Origin: an uncultured virus (IMG/VR IMGVR_UViG_3300047539_000004)
Lineage: Duplodnaviria; Heunggongvirae; Uroviricota; Caudoviricetes
Direction: 5' to 3' (one strand)
DNA length: 64,000 nucleotides
Virus record (IMG/VR): IMGVR_UViG_3300047539_000004
This document shows, in pieces, positions 17,002-26,834 of this stretch. Below the pieces are notes generated by a model. It saw only the letters and a program-made list of their open reading frames with translations, made no database searches and was not told where the DNA came from. Positions within the stretch are counted from its first letter, which is position 1, and every line of letters starts with the position of its first letter. The position numbers and the translations under genes are program-made.

Positions 17002-17381
17002 TGAGAGCCTTCCTCACAACGTTGTTAATCTTGGGCGGTCTGACTATGTTCCCTCAGACCGTTCACGCCGCTAAGAAACCAGTGAAAGTATCCGCTGAAC
17101 AACAGATAGACAAACAGTACGTAGTAACTTTACTTACTATGCGTGGGTACGAGAATACAGATTGCACCGACGCAGACTTTGTCGATGTTGCTCATAACTT
17201 CAGCGTAGCATTGAACGACTTAGGCAACATGTACAACGATCTACCGACTACATCTGTGGATTGGTGGAAGGATACATTTAAGTCTATCAATCTAATCACG
17301 GAGGCTAACTCAGCGATTGCGAAACAGGCCGAGTGCCAACGTGATGCAACCGATGGTAAGAACAAATCAGCAAAAATGTAA
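17001..17381 (+). CDS. secreted protein (signal peptide)
   Basis: MRAFLTTLLILGGLTMFPQTVHA/A. Confidence 0.6.
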   Translation: MRAFLTTLLILGGLTMFPQTVHAAKKPVKVSAEQQIDKQYVVTLLTMRGYENTDCTDADFVDVAHNFSVALNDLGNMYNDLPTTSVDWWKDTFKSINLITEANSAIAKQAECQRDATDGKNKSAKM

Positions 17382-17391
17382 AGGAGAAGGT

Positions 17392-18420
17392 ATGCTACTA
17401 TCAGAGTATTTGGATACAGACAAACTCGGACAGCACATTAACAGTGGTTTGGTACATGCATCTACCCACCCTGATAAGAACATACCTTTGGCTATTTACA
17501 CCTACACAAGAAAGGCGTTTTATACTGGTGTTTGGGACGATGTGATTAGAAAGTGTCGCGGTCTGATCGTAGATACTGAGACAGATTTCGTAGTATCTCG
17601 CCCGTTCCCTAAATTCTTTGGCATTAACGATGAAGCGCACCCGGAGACATTAGAGTGTAACCTTCCCATGCAGGAGCCAGAGATTAGCGAAAAGATCAAT
17701 GGCAATCTTGGCATCTTTTGGAAGTACGGTATACACTGGGGCATTGCCTCTAAGAGTTCCTTTACTTCTGACCATGCTAAGTGGGCAACCGAGTGGATGG
17801 AAGATCACGTAGAACATGATGGTAAGTTTATTTATCCACTAGGCTATACGCCACTGTTTGAAATGGTCTGTCAAGATATTCAGCTACATGCAGTAAAGTA
17901 TGACAGAAACGAGTTGGTACTTATCTCTTTGATTAAGAATGAAACCGGGGAAGAGGCCAGTCCGATTACCAATGCGTTCTATGCAAGCAACAACGGACTC
18001 AATTCTCCAGAAATACACTACAAGAAGTTAGCAGACGTGATTAACGAAGACAGGGAAGGGCATGAAGGATATGTGCTAACGTACAGACACTACAAGAACC
18101 CTCCTCTGAAGATCAAGATTAAGCATCCGTGGTTCCTGCAAGCTAGACAGGAGTTCTACGCGGCACAGAAGGATGTTACACATCTGGCATCTGAAGAGTT
18201 CAAAGGCACTCTGTACAAAGAAATCCTTTCGAAGTCAAGGCAAATTGTACTCGATGCATTAGCGTGTTGTTCAACACGTAAAGAGTACGCCGAGTGGTTT
18301 AACAAAGATGAAAACAAGCTGTACGCTACCATTTGCTTTGCAATGCTAGATGAAGATGGAAGCCACAAAGAAGCCATCAACAAGTTGATTGGCATTATGT
18401 CTGACATGGAGGTTAGATGA
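17392..18420 (+). CDS. T4 Rnl1-like RNA ligase
   Basis: CRGLI...RPF.KFF, motif I EKINGNLG, FE, EGYVL, KIK. Confidence 0.88.
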   Translation: MLLSEYLDTDKLGQHINSGLVHASTHPDKNIPLAIYTYTRKAFYTGVWDDVIRKCRGLIVDTETDFVVSRPFPKFFGINDEAHPETLECNLPMQEPEISEKINGNLGIFWKYGIHWGIASKSSFTSDHAKWATEWMEDHVEHDGKFIYPLGYTPLFEMVCQDIQLHAVKYDRNELVLISLIKNETGEEASPITNAFYASNNGLNSPEIHYKKLADVINEDREGHEGYVLTYRHYKNPPLKIKIKHPWFLQARQEFYAAQKDVTHLASEEFKGTLYKEILSKSRQIVLDALACCSTRKEYAEWFNKDENKLYATICFAMLDEDGSHKEAINKLIGIMSDMEVR

Positions 18421-18803
18421 AAGTTTACATTGCCGGAAGATACTCACGTAGAGATGAGTTTAGAGAGTATGCGAACTTATTAATTGGACATGGTTATGAA
18501 GTAACGTCTAGATGGTTGCTGGAAAATGAGCCATTGAATTCTAATATGGGTGACCATTCAGACGAGTTCTATGTCCATACAGCTAAGATTGACCTAGAAG
18601 ACGTAGACAGAGCCGATGCAGTACTTTTCTTTAGCGAAGACCCGAAAATCGGTATCCCACGAGGAGGGCGTCATGTGGAATTTGGTTATGCGCTTGGTAA
18701 GGGTAAGAAGATTTTAGTTTTTGGGCCTAGAGAGAACGTCTTTCATTACATTGACGGCGTAGCACATTACAACACTATTCAAGATTTTATGTATGGAGAA
18801 TAA
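18417..18803 (+). CDS. nucleoside 2-deoxyribosyltransferase-like protein
   Basis: KVYIAG, DL.DV.RAD, G.HVEFGYA...GK. Confidence 0.8.
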   Translation: MKVYIAGRYSRRDEFREYANLLIGHGYEVTSRWLLENEPLNSNMGDHSDEFYVHTAKIDLEDVDRADAVLFFSEDPKIGIPRGGRHVEFGYALGKGKKILVFGPRENVFHYIDGVAHYNTIQDFMYGE

Positions 18804-19468
18804 TGGAACCACTTTTGGTAGGAGAAGCAGTAGCTGGTGAAGCTGCTAGCGTAAGGAATGAATTAGAAGCATTAATCAAGAATTCCAACAGTAGTGCATT
18901 TGATATTGGTGAACTAGCCTACAAAGTTAAAAGTAACGCATTGTATACCGGCTTCACTACTTTTCAGGAGTATGGCAAGAGTCTGCCTATTAAGCTGAGA
19001 AAGCTGCAATATCTGGCAAGGATTGCAGAGGTAATGTCTATCATGGAGACTCCTAGAGCGACCTATGAGCCGCTAGGGATTGCGAAATTGAGGGAGATAA
19101 CCAGTCTTGATGTGGAAGGCTCATGGACGAACCCAGAGACTTCGGAGAAAGTTGATATAAAGACTTTTATAACAAGTTTCATAGCCAAAGGTCAGAGTAT
19201 GTCACTTGAGACTATAAAACAACATGTCCGTACCCTGAAAGGTTTAGTTGGTGAGAATAATATTGTAGTAGTCCACTTCGGAATAAAGCAGTCAGTGCTT
19301 GACAACGTGGTTCGTCCTGCATTAGACTTGGCAAAGGCTCAGTTAGGGTCTGCTAGTAAAGATGATGAAGGGGTATCGCACGATGCCTCAGACGGACGTG
19401 CCCTTGAAGTGGTAGCGATTAGCTTTCTAAACGATCCAGCCAATGGGATTTTGGCAGAAGGAGCGTAG
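18803..19468 (+). CDS. hypothetical protein
   Basis: translationally coupled; FDIGE...Y.GF.TF.EY. Confidence 0.7.
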   Translation: MEPLLVGEAVAGEAASVRNELEALIKNSNSSAFDIGELAYKVKSNALYTGFTTFQEYGKSLPIKLRKLQYLARIAEVMSIMETPRATYEPLGIAKLREITSLDVEGSWTNPETSEKVDIKTFITSFIAKGQSMSLETIKQHVRTLKGLVGENNIVVVHFGIKQSVLDNVVRPALDLAKAQLGSASKDDEGVSHDASDGRALEVVAISFLNDPANGILAEGA

Positions 19469-19764
19469 TATGCTGTTCATAGAACTCGTGGTGTTTTTAA
19501 TTGTAATGATGCTAGCCTTTGGGTTGTTGCTGTGTTTATTGGGCAAAGCATTTGCCGCACTCGATAACGAAAAGTACGGTAGAACGATGATCTATGGATT
19601 TCTCGTAGTTCTTTGGTTAGCTCTAGGGTTCTATACTGCAATCGAAATACATCGCAGTTCAACTAATTTACCGATTACACAGAGTGATTGTCAATGAAAG
19701 GATGGGTTAAAAACATGTGGATTAAATTCCAGTTGTTCATGTATACGTGGACTTGGCCGTACTA

Positions 19765-20025
19765 ATGCTTGATAAAACAGTATCTCATGCGGTATTTTTA
19801 CGCGATAATTTTAAGTGCCGACATTGTGGGGAACGCCGTCTACACCCTCACCATGTGATATTCCAGTCACACGGAGGGCTAGATACCTTGAATAACCTGA
19901 TAAGTTTATGCCCACAGTGTCACACAGCGTTGCATGACGGCAAGCTGAAAATAGAAGTACTTCAGTTGTATGAATATGATTTGAGTGTAAAGTTTACCAG
20001 AGTAGGGAAGTGGAAACCATGTTAA
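19765..20025 (+). CDS. HNH endonuclease
   Basis: RDNFKCRHCG...HH.....GG.D..NNL..LC..CH...H. Confidence 0.88.
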   Translation: MLDKTVSHAVFLRDNFKCRHCGERRLHPHHVIFQSHGGLDTLNNLISLCPQCHTALHDGKLKIEVLQLYEYDLSVKFTRVGKWKPC

Positions 20026-21659
20026 GACCGTACCAGAATGAAGCTATTGCCGCAATTCGCAAAGAACACGCTGTCGGAAACAACCGGCAGCTTCTTTGCA
20101 TGGCTACGGGTACAGGTAAGACTATTTGCTTCAGTAGTTTACCAGAAGAGACGAAAGATATTCTTCCGGGCCAAACACTTCTTCTACTGCACAGAGACGA
20201 ATTAGCAAAACAAGCTTTAGACAAATTTCATAAAATAAATCCTAATCTTAACATACAACAAGAAGCCGGAGAGCATGTAGCAGACCCCTCAATTGCAGAT
20301 GTAGTAATTGCGTCGGTTCAGACACTAGGTAGAAAGGGTACCAAGAGACTGGATAAGTTCAACTTTCAGAACTTCTCTAGATACATTGTGGATGAAGCCC
20401 ATCGTTCCGTTACAGATAGCTACATGAACGTATATAATGCAGCTAATCTTCTTGGTGCGAATGACAAAAGGCTTTTACTGGGTGTTACAGCAACGCCAAC
20501 AAGAGGCGATGGGACCGGATTAAATAGTGTCTACCAAACTATCTCCTATACCTATTCGTTACGCCAAGCAATTGATGATGGTTGGTTAGTAGACATTAAG
20601 GGCATCAGAGTTGACACCAAAACTTCATTGGATGAAGTCTCTACAAAGGGCGGTGACTTTGACCCGTTGGAACTGGCTTTGACAGTCAACACTCAACCGC
20701 GCAACCAACTTGTTGCTAAAGCTTATCTGGACACTTGCCACGGCAGACAGGCGATAGGGTTCGGTGTCGATATAGCACACTCTCAAGCCTTGGCAGCGGT
20801 ATTCCAGCACTACGGCATTAACGCGGAAGCTGTGTGGGGAGTAGACCCGGATAGAGCCGACAAGATACAGAGGTTCCGTGACGGCAAAATTGATGTTCTA
20901 TTTAATGCACAGTTATTGACAGAAGGCTTTGATCTTGATAGCATAGCTTGTGTGATCAATGCGGCACCAACCAAGTCTCCCGTTGTGTTCAGCCAGAGAA
21001 TCGGCAGAGGAACAAGGTTGAAGGAAGGCAAGACCGACACAATTATACTTGACATTGTGGATTCAACGTTGAGGCATAGCTTAGTAACTGTAACTTCACT
21101 TCTAGGACTGCCTAAAGACTTGGATTTAAAAGGCAAGTCTCTAATCAAGTCATTGAATGACGTTGAGAAAATGCAGTTAGAGTTTCCGACTGTAGACTTC
21201 AGCACGTTGAAAGACTTAGACAAGATCGAAGCGTTTATTGAAGCTGTCAATCTGTGGGAAGTAAAGTTCTTGCCAGAGGTACAGGAACACAGTGCATTTA
21301 CATGGTATCCATCAATTACAGGCGGCTACAGCCTGACCCTTGGAGAAAACGATTCGATCAAAATTGAACAGAATTTACTTGACTTTTGGGAACTGCGTGG
21401 TAAGATCAAAGGTAAGACATACAAAGGGGAGAGAGCAAGTTTAGCAGAAGCTTTCTCAGCAGCCGACAAGCTGGTACAAAACGTTGCAGGAGATTCCCTA
21501 ACCCTAGTTAAGAGGGAAGCACCGTGGCACAATTTACCCGCAACTAAGGGACAGCTTTGGAGAATACGCAGAATCCACAAGGGTAAGAAGATTCCACTAA
21601 CGTTGACTAGAGGAATGGCAGCGAAGATCATAGGAGCGGCGAAGGCCGGGAAGGGATAA
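20019..21659 (+). CDS. SF2 DEAH-box helicase
   Basis: LRPYQ, ATGTGKT, DEAH, TATP.R, LTEGFD, QRIGRGTR. Confidence 0.93.
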   Translation: MLRPYQNEAIAAIRKEHAVGNNRQLLCMATGTGKTICFSSLPEETKDILPGQTLLLLHRDELAKQALDKFHKINPNLNIQQEAGEHVADPSIADVVIASVQTLGRKGTKRLDKFNFQNFSRYIVDEAHRSVTDSYMNVYNAANLLGANDKRLLLGVTATPTRGDGTGLNSVYQTISYTYSLRQAIDDGWLVDIKGIRVDTKTSLDEVSTKGGDFDPLELALTVNTQPRNQLVAKAYLDTCHGRQAIGFGVDIAHSQALAAVFQHYGINAEAVWGVDPDRADKIQRFRDGKIDVLFNAQLLTEGFDLDSIACVINAAPTKSPVVFSQRIGRGTRLKEGKTDTIILDIVDSTLRHSLVTVTSLLGLPKDLDLKGKSLIKSLNDVEKMQLEFPTVDFSTLKDLDKIEAFIEAVNLWEVKFLPEVQEHSAFTWYPSITGGYSLTLGENDSIKIEQNLLDFWELRGKIKGKTYKGERASLAEAFSAADKLVQNVAGDSLTLVKREAPWHNLPATKGQLWRIRRIHKGKKIPLTLTRGMAAKIIGAAKAGKG

Positions 21660-21660
21660 C

Positions 21661-21864
21661 ATGGACACCAGAAATAGCAGGGTTCTTAGAGACTTCACTC
21701 AATACTGTTTGGAACATCCAGAAGAAAGATTCTGGCAAGCACTCAGGAATTGGAGTGGCTACCAAGCGGTTTTAACGGGGATACCCGATAATACAAAGGG
21801 TTTTGGGTATCAAATTGATAGGGATACTTTTTACTTTGAAGGCAGAGAAGGCGACAATCTATGA
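21661..21864 (+). CDS. hypothetical protein
   Basis: YC..HPEERFWQALRNWSG motif; operon context. Confidence 0.6.
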   Translation: MDTRNSRVLRDFTQYCLEHPEERFWQALRNWSGYQAVLTGIPDNTKGFGYQIDRDTFYFEGREGDNL

Positions 21865-22064
21865 AAAGCTTTGACAACATGGACCCATCCTTAAAAGCAA
21901 AAATTGATGCAATGAGCCATTATCAACTGTGTGAGCATTGGCGCTTCGCAAAGAGCGGCGATCCTTTGTTTCAAAGCGCAAACGGAGACTATTTCAAACA
22001 CAAGTTGTTTGATGAATATGGTGGGTTTACACCAGAAATTAGTAAACAGCTAGGATGGGCATAA
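21861..22064 (+). CDS. hypothetical protein
   Basis: ID.MS......WRFA..G.PLF...G.YF...ISKQLGW. Confidence 0.65.
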   Translation: MKSFDNMDPSLKAKIDAMSHYQLCEHWRFAKSGDPLFQSANGDYFKHKLFDEYGGFTPEISKQLGWA

Positions 22065-22071
22065 GGAGCAA

Positions 22072-24075
22072 ATGAATATTCCATCAAACTTTAATGGAAG
22101 TGCGGCATTTCAATTAATACAGTCGCAGGGTTGGAATTGGGAAGTAAAAGATTCCACTGAAGTCTTAATTAAAAAATGCTTTCAATGCGGAAAAGAAGAT
22201 CATTGCTACATGGAGATTCACGGCAATGAGTCTGAACAAAAACAAAGAGATGGACTCTGGATGTGCCAACATTGTTCCAAATCAGGCAACCTTTACGCCT
22301 TAAAGTCTCATTTAGGACTAATTGTCCCCGGAGTATCTTCACAGAAAGAATGGGGAAGCGACAAGAAATCAGACCCCCTGCCCGACGTAGAAGCTTGCCA
22401 CACGGCGCTTCTAGCAGATGGACAGGCTCTTGATTACTTACAGAACATCCGTGGGTTCTCCCTAGAGATTATCAAGAAACAAAAGCTAGGTGTTAAGCAA
22501 CATTTCTTTAGAGAGACAGGTGAAGTCAAAGCATTAGTAATTCCTTATTTACTAAACGATAATTGCATCTGGGCAAAGTACAGAACACTTCCCGACCCGG
22601 ACGATTTGAAGAAAATTCCCAAGGCGTTTGCATCCCCGAAGGGATGGGATGCAGTTCTCTATAACCTAGAGGCTTTAGCAGGAGTTACGGATATTGTTCT
22701 TGTCGAAGGTGAGTGCGATTGTATTGCAGCACTTGACAAAGGCGTTACAAACATCTGTGGAGTTCCCGGAGCCAACATCAAGAAGGCCGAGTGGATTCAG
22801 AAATTAGACACTCTTGAAAAGGTTTACATTCTCTATGACAATGACAAAGTAGGACAGAAAGCAGCACAGGACTTAGCTTGCAGAATTGGTATTGAGAAGT
22901 GTTGGAAAGTAACTCTGCCTAACTTCATGGTAACTACTGATGAAGGCGTAGAGCGCAAGGGCAAAGACATTAACGAATGGTTTATGCATGGCGGCACAGC
23001 AGAGTTATTCCAAGAGTTACTAGCTAGTGCTGTTCTCTTTGACGTAGACGGTGTAGCCGGATCGAGTGCAGCCATTGACGAGTTCACGGAGGAGTTAGAA
23101 GGCAAAGGAGCCGGTCAGAAATACATTTGGCCCCTAATCCAGAATCTAGTCCAGTTTGACGAAGGCGACATTATCGACATTCTTGCACCAGAGAAGATTG
23201 GCAAGACTACCTTTGGACTTAATCTTCTAGAGTACATGGTGGATACATATGGAGAAGACGGGCTAATCTTATGCACTGAAATGACCAGAGCTAGGTTAGC
23301 TAGGAAGTGGGTATGTCACAAGTCTGGTATTGCGGATAACTTACCTAAGACACCGGAAGAGGCAGTGTTCCTAACCAACCAGTTCAAGCAAGCTATCCCA
23401 GTAGTCAAGCAATTGATCACGGATAGAAAAGGTGACCTGTACTTCTGTTATCCCAAGTATCAAACGATGGACGACATTTACAAGCTTCTGGTAGATTGCA
23501 TCAGAAGATACGGGGTTAAGTGGATTATGGTTGACAATCTGCAAAGACTGTGCGATACTACTATTGGGAACCATAACAGAACGCAATGGCTCTCAGAGAT
23601 TAGTAAGAAGCTATCCCAGATTGCCAAAGACTACAACGTTCAGATGGTGCGTATTCTCCAGCCGCATAGAATTGCAGATAACAAATTAGCAACAAGTGAC
23701 AGTGTAGATGGAGCATCACAAGTCGCGAAGGATTGTGACGTGATGATTATATTGAACCGCAATAGAGTCGGAGAGGTTACCAAGGATGCGTTCGCACAGG
23801 GCGGCTTCATTGAAACCGATGGGTCGTTTGGACCTGAGCTACTTGTTAGCGCCGGTCTAAGTAGATATTCAGCGGGAGGAGCTACAACCCTCTATTATGA
23901 CGGCGCTACATCTACTATCCACAAGTTGACAGAAGGTAAGATTGCAGCCATGAACGCAAAGGCTAACCCGAACGTAGGTTATGAAAAGCAAGCAGCCGCT
24001 ATGAACTTACCGTTAATGTTACAGCAAGCGGTTTCAGAACCTGTTAATGAACCGGATGTTGACATAAAGATTTAA
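22072..24075 (+). CDS. primase-helicase (T7 gp4/Twinkle-like)
   Basis: Zn ribbon CFQCGK..C..C; TOPRIM VEGE.D, YDND..G, KDINE; DnaB-type domain APEKIGKTT, VDNL. Confidence 0.9.
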   Translation: MNIPSNFNGSAAFQLIQSQGWNWEVKDSTEVLIKKCFQCGKEDHCYMEIHGNESEQKQRDGLWMCQHCSKSGNLYALKSHLGLIVPGVSSQKEWGSDKKSDPLPDVEACHTALLADGQALDYLQNIRGFSLEIIKKQKLGVKQHFFRETGEVKALVIPYLLNDNCIWAKYRTLPDPDDLKKIPKAFASPKGWDAVLYNLEALAGVTDIVLVEGECDCIAALDKGVTNICGVPGANIKKAEWIQKLDTLEKVYILYDNDKVGQKAAQDLACRIGIEKCWKVTLPNFMVTTDEGVERKGKDINEWFMHGGTAELFQELLASAVLFDVDGVAGSSAAIDEFTEELEGKGAGQKYIWPLIQNLVQFDEGDIIDILAPEKIGKTTFGLNLLEYMVDTYGEDGLILCTEMTRARLARKWVCHKSGIADNLPKTPEEAVFLTNQFKQAIPVVKQLITDRKGDLYFCYPKYQTMDDIYKLLVDCIRRYGVKWIMVDNLQRLCDTTIGNHNRTQWLSEISKKLSQIAKDYNVQMVRILQPHRIADNKLATSDSVDGASQVAKDCDVMIILNRNRVGEVTKDAFAQGGFIETDGSFGPELLVSAGLSRYSAGGATTLYYDGATSTIHKLTEGKIAAMNAKANPNVGYEKQAAAMNLPLMLQQAVSEPVNEPDVDIKI

Positions 24076-24083
24076 AGGACGAG

Positions 24084-24593
24084 ATGAAGCTTGAGACGCT
24101 AGTTATCAGAGAAATAGCAAAGTACCAACCAGAAACGGCCAGTGAGTGCAGAGAACTCTGTAGCTTCAAGTTGCGTAAGTTAGGGGAAGGTATTTACAGA
24201 GAAGTCTACAAGGTTGTTGGAGCAGACTTGGTAATCAAGTTCCCGTTGAAAGAGGAAAAAACGTTCAAAGATCATTCACGCCTAGAGTATAGGGCATGTC
24301 GTAAAGTTCTTTGGGCACCCAAGAAACACCATGCAATCGTCAACTTTATACCGGAAATCCAGCACTATAACCCGACAACAGGCGTGTTAGTCATGGAGTA
24401 TTGCACCCCGATTAAGAAATCTGTACACACCAAAAGATGCAAGAAACTGATAGCGGGGTTAGTAAAGCTATTGATTGATGCCGTGTGGAAAGGCCATAGT
24501 AAGGGGGATGCAGACATGCATAGTGATAATCTAGGAATAAGCAAGGTAAACGGTCAGTTAAAGATCATTGACTTGGGTTACTTTTTCAACTAA
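24084..24593 (+). CDS. minimal protein-kinase-fold protein
   Basis: LGEGIYREVY, VIK, E, LVMEY, DMHSDN, IIDLG. Confidence 0.8.
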   Translation: MKLETLVIREIAKYQPETASECRELCSFKLRKLGEGIYREVYKVVGADLVIKFPLKEEKTFKDHSRLEYRACRKVLWAPKKHHAIVNFIPEIQHYNPTTGVLVMEYCTPIKKSVHTKRCKKLIAGLVKLLIDAVWKGHSKGDADMHSDNLGISKVNGQLKIIDLGYFFN

Positions 24594-24601
24594 AGGAAGG
24601 A

Positions 24602-24991
24602 ATGACAGCAAAAGAAAGGGCTAAAGATACTCGATTAAAGCGAGAGTATCACATAACACTCGAAGAACACAAGGCAGTCTTTAAGTACCAAGGCGGTGTT
24701 TGTGCAATCTGTAAGAAGATTCTTAGCAAGAAAAATGTACCACTTATTCTTGCAGTCGATCACAGCCACACACACCCGGCCATTGTAAGAGGGTTGCTCT
24801 GTTGGCCGTGTAACAAAGCGCTAGCTTATTTTCAAGATAGTGTTGACAAACTGAAGGCGGCTGTGGCATATTTAGAACATCCCCCCTTCACCGTAGTCCT
24901 AGGGGAACCAAGGCTTACAGCACCGGGCAGGATTGGGAGTAAGGCAAGGGCCAAGCTGCTAAAGAAGATGAAATCAGAGGAGAACCAATGA
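24602..24991 (+). CDS. endonuclease VII family
   Basis: Y.IT.......Q.G.CAIC...LAVDH.H....VRGLLC..CN. Confidence 0.88.
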   Translation: MTAKERAKDTRLKREYHITLEEHKAVFKYQGGVCAICKKILSKKNVPLILAVDHSHTHPAIVRGLLCWPCNKALAYFQDSVDKLKAAVAYLEHPPFTVVLGEPRLTAPGRIGSKARAKLLKKMKSEENQ

Positions 24992-25783
24992 CTGTGAAGA
25001 TATTTACCGGGGACAACATTGAAGTGTTACGCCGTGAGGTACAGGACAATTCAGTTCAGGTTACGGTTACCAGTCCGCCGTATGACAACTTACGGAAGTA
25101 TAACGGCTTTACGTGGGACTTTGAAGCCGTGGCGCGGGAGTTGTACCGTGTAACCAAGCCGGGCGGTGTTGTGGTGTGGGTGGTTGCAGACGCCACGGTT
25201 AACGGTAGTGAGACGGGGACGAGTTTCCGTCAAGCACTGTACTTCAAAGAGTGCGGCTTTAATCTCCATGACACGATGATTTGGAACAAAGGTGGCTTTA
25301 CCGCTCTGGGATCACTCGCAACCCGGTATGGTCCTGTTTTTGAGTATATGTTTGTCTTTCCAAGGGACCCGTGTTTAACCCGCTCAAAGACCGCCAAATA
25401 AGCACCAGGGCAAGTTACGCGCACGGTTTACGGCAACCGGACGGTACTCTAAGACCAATAAGTCAGGCGCGGGTAAGGTGGTTTTGGAGTTTGGGCAGCG
25501 GTTCAATATATGGGAAGTGTCAAACCCCGGCTTCCCGGTCAACTTGTCCACCCCGGCGGTCTACCCGGAGGCTCTAGCACGGGACCACATCATGAGTTGG
25601 AGTAATCAGGGTGATACCGTTTTGGACCCGTTTCTAGGGTCCGGGACAACCGGCAAAATGGCAGTCCAACTCGGACGGGTTTTTATTGGCATTGACATTT
25701 CACAAGAGTACACAGACATGGCGACAAAGCGCATTATGGATGCCGAACAAAGATTGCAGCAAACGGAGCAGAATGGTAACTAA
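24988..25783 (+). pseudogene. N4-C/N6-A DNA methyltransferase (beta class), frameshifted as assembled
   Basis: TSPPY, IW.K, NIW, P..LA...I..WSN.GD.VLDPF.GSGTT spread over more than one frame. Confidence 0.85.
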
Positions 25784-26213
25784 ATCGGAAAGATGGGCAA
25801 GAAATTCAGCAGCTTTTAGGGAAATCATTGGTGACCCTTTTAACAGGACAGAGGGCGAATCAGACCCAATACAAGGTCAGTACGCAGAGTTTAGAAGTAA
25901 CAGTACCGTAAAGGTGCAAGATATGGAGGCTATGTCGAAAGGCGGTTCAGCTAATGCAGCAAGACCTAATGCACTAGACTTCTTCTGTGATGTAGAGGCG
26001 GCAGTTAAAGATGGTTTAGCAAAGTTCGCACCAACATGGAGAGAACCAGACCAAGTAGAATTTGTATTCGTTACCACATACATAACAGAAGATTCCAAGT
26101 ACTACAGTTTCAATCAAAGTGAGAGAGCTAAGATTGAGCAAATCATTGGAAACATTTTTCTAGCCAGAAGTATTTCTCCTACGGGAAAATATTTCACAAC
26201 CGTAAGAAAGTGA
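25773..26213 (+). CDS. hypothetical protein
   Basis: GGAG RBS; long ORF in the operon. Confidence 0.6.
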   Translation: MVTKSERWARNSAAFREIIGDPFNRTEGESDPIQGQYAEFRSNSTVKVQDMEAMSKGGSANAARPNALDFFCDVEAAVKDGLAKFAPTWREPDQVEFVFVTTYITEDSKYYSFNQSERAKIEQIIGNIFLARSISPTGKYFTTVRK

Positions 26214-26219
26214 GAGAAT

Positions 26220-26779
26220 ATGACGCAAGCACTTAACACACCAGAGTTCGTTGATGAAGCTAAAGACGTTTCTCCTGAAGAGAAGATGATGTTACTTCAG
26301 AAGTATGGAATGATCGAACCCAAGTTAACCGAAGAAGAGAGGGAGCTATGCTCGAATCAGTCGGACCAGTAGACCCACTAGCAGAAAATCTAGAAGACAA
26401 GCAATATGACGTTGTGGACAGCGACGGCGTTCTTGTAGAACAAGCCGTTGATAAACCTGTAATCACAATGATGCCAAAACTTACCAAAGGGCAGTTAGGT
26501 AAGATTCGCAGAGTGCATGTTACAATTCAACACCCAATAGCAGCACAATGCGGCCATAGACTAGATTTAACCAAACAACCAAGAAATAGAAATTGCGAGA
26601 ATTGCTGGTTTAATTGGCTGAATCATAATGGCGCTGTCGTGCAAACAGCAGAAGAACTAATTGCTGGTGGTAATAGCAGAATGGTTGTTCAGCTACAAGG
26701 GCAAAAATTCTTGGACAATGTTTTGAAGTTCCTAAGTACTGTTGCAAACTTACAAAAACAAGAAGGAGCGGAAAAATAA
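26220..26779 (+). CDS. hypothetical Zn-binding protein (one-base frameshift near 26345)
   Basis: CGH......P..RNCENCW; the N-terminal part from 26220 is in another frame. Confidence 0.55.
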
Positions 26780-26834
26780 TGGTTGCAATCGTGATAGTAT
26801 TGCTTTGTGTATTTCTTATTGTTAGGAGAAGGTA

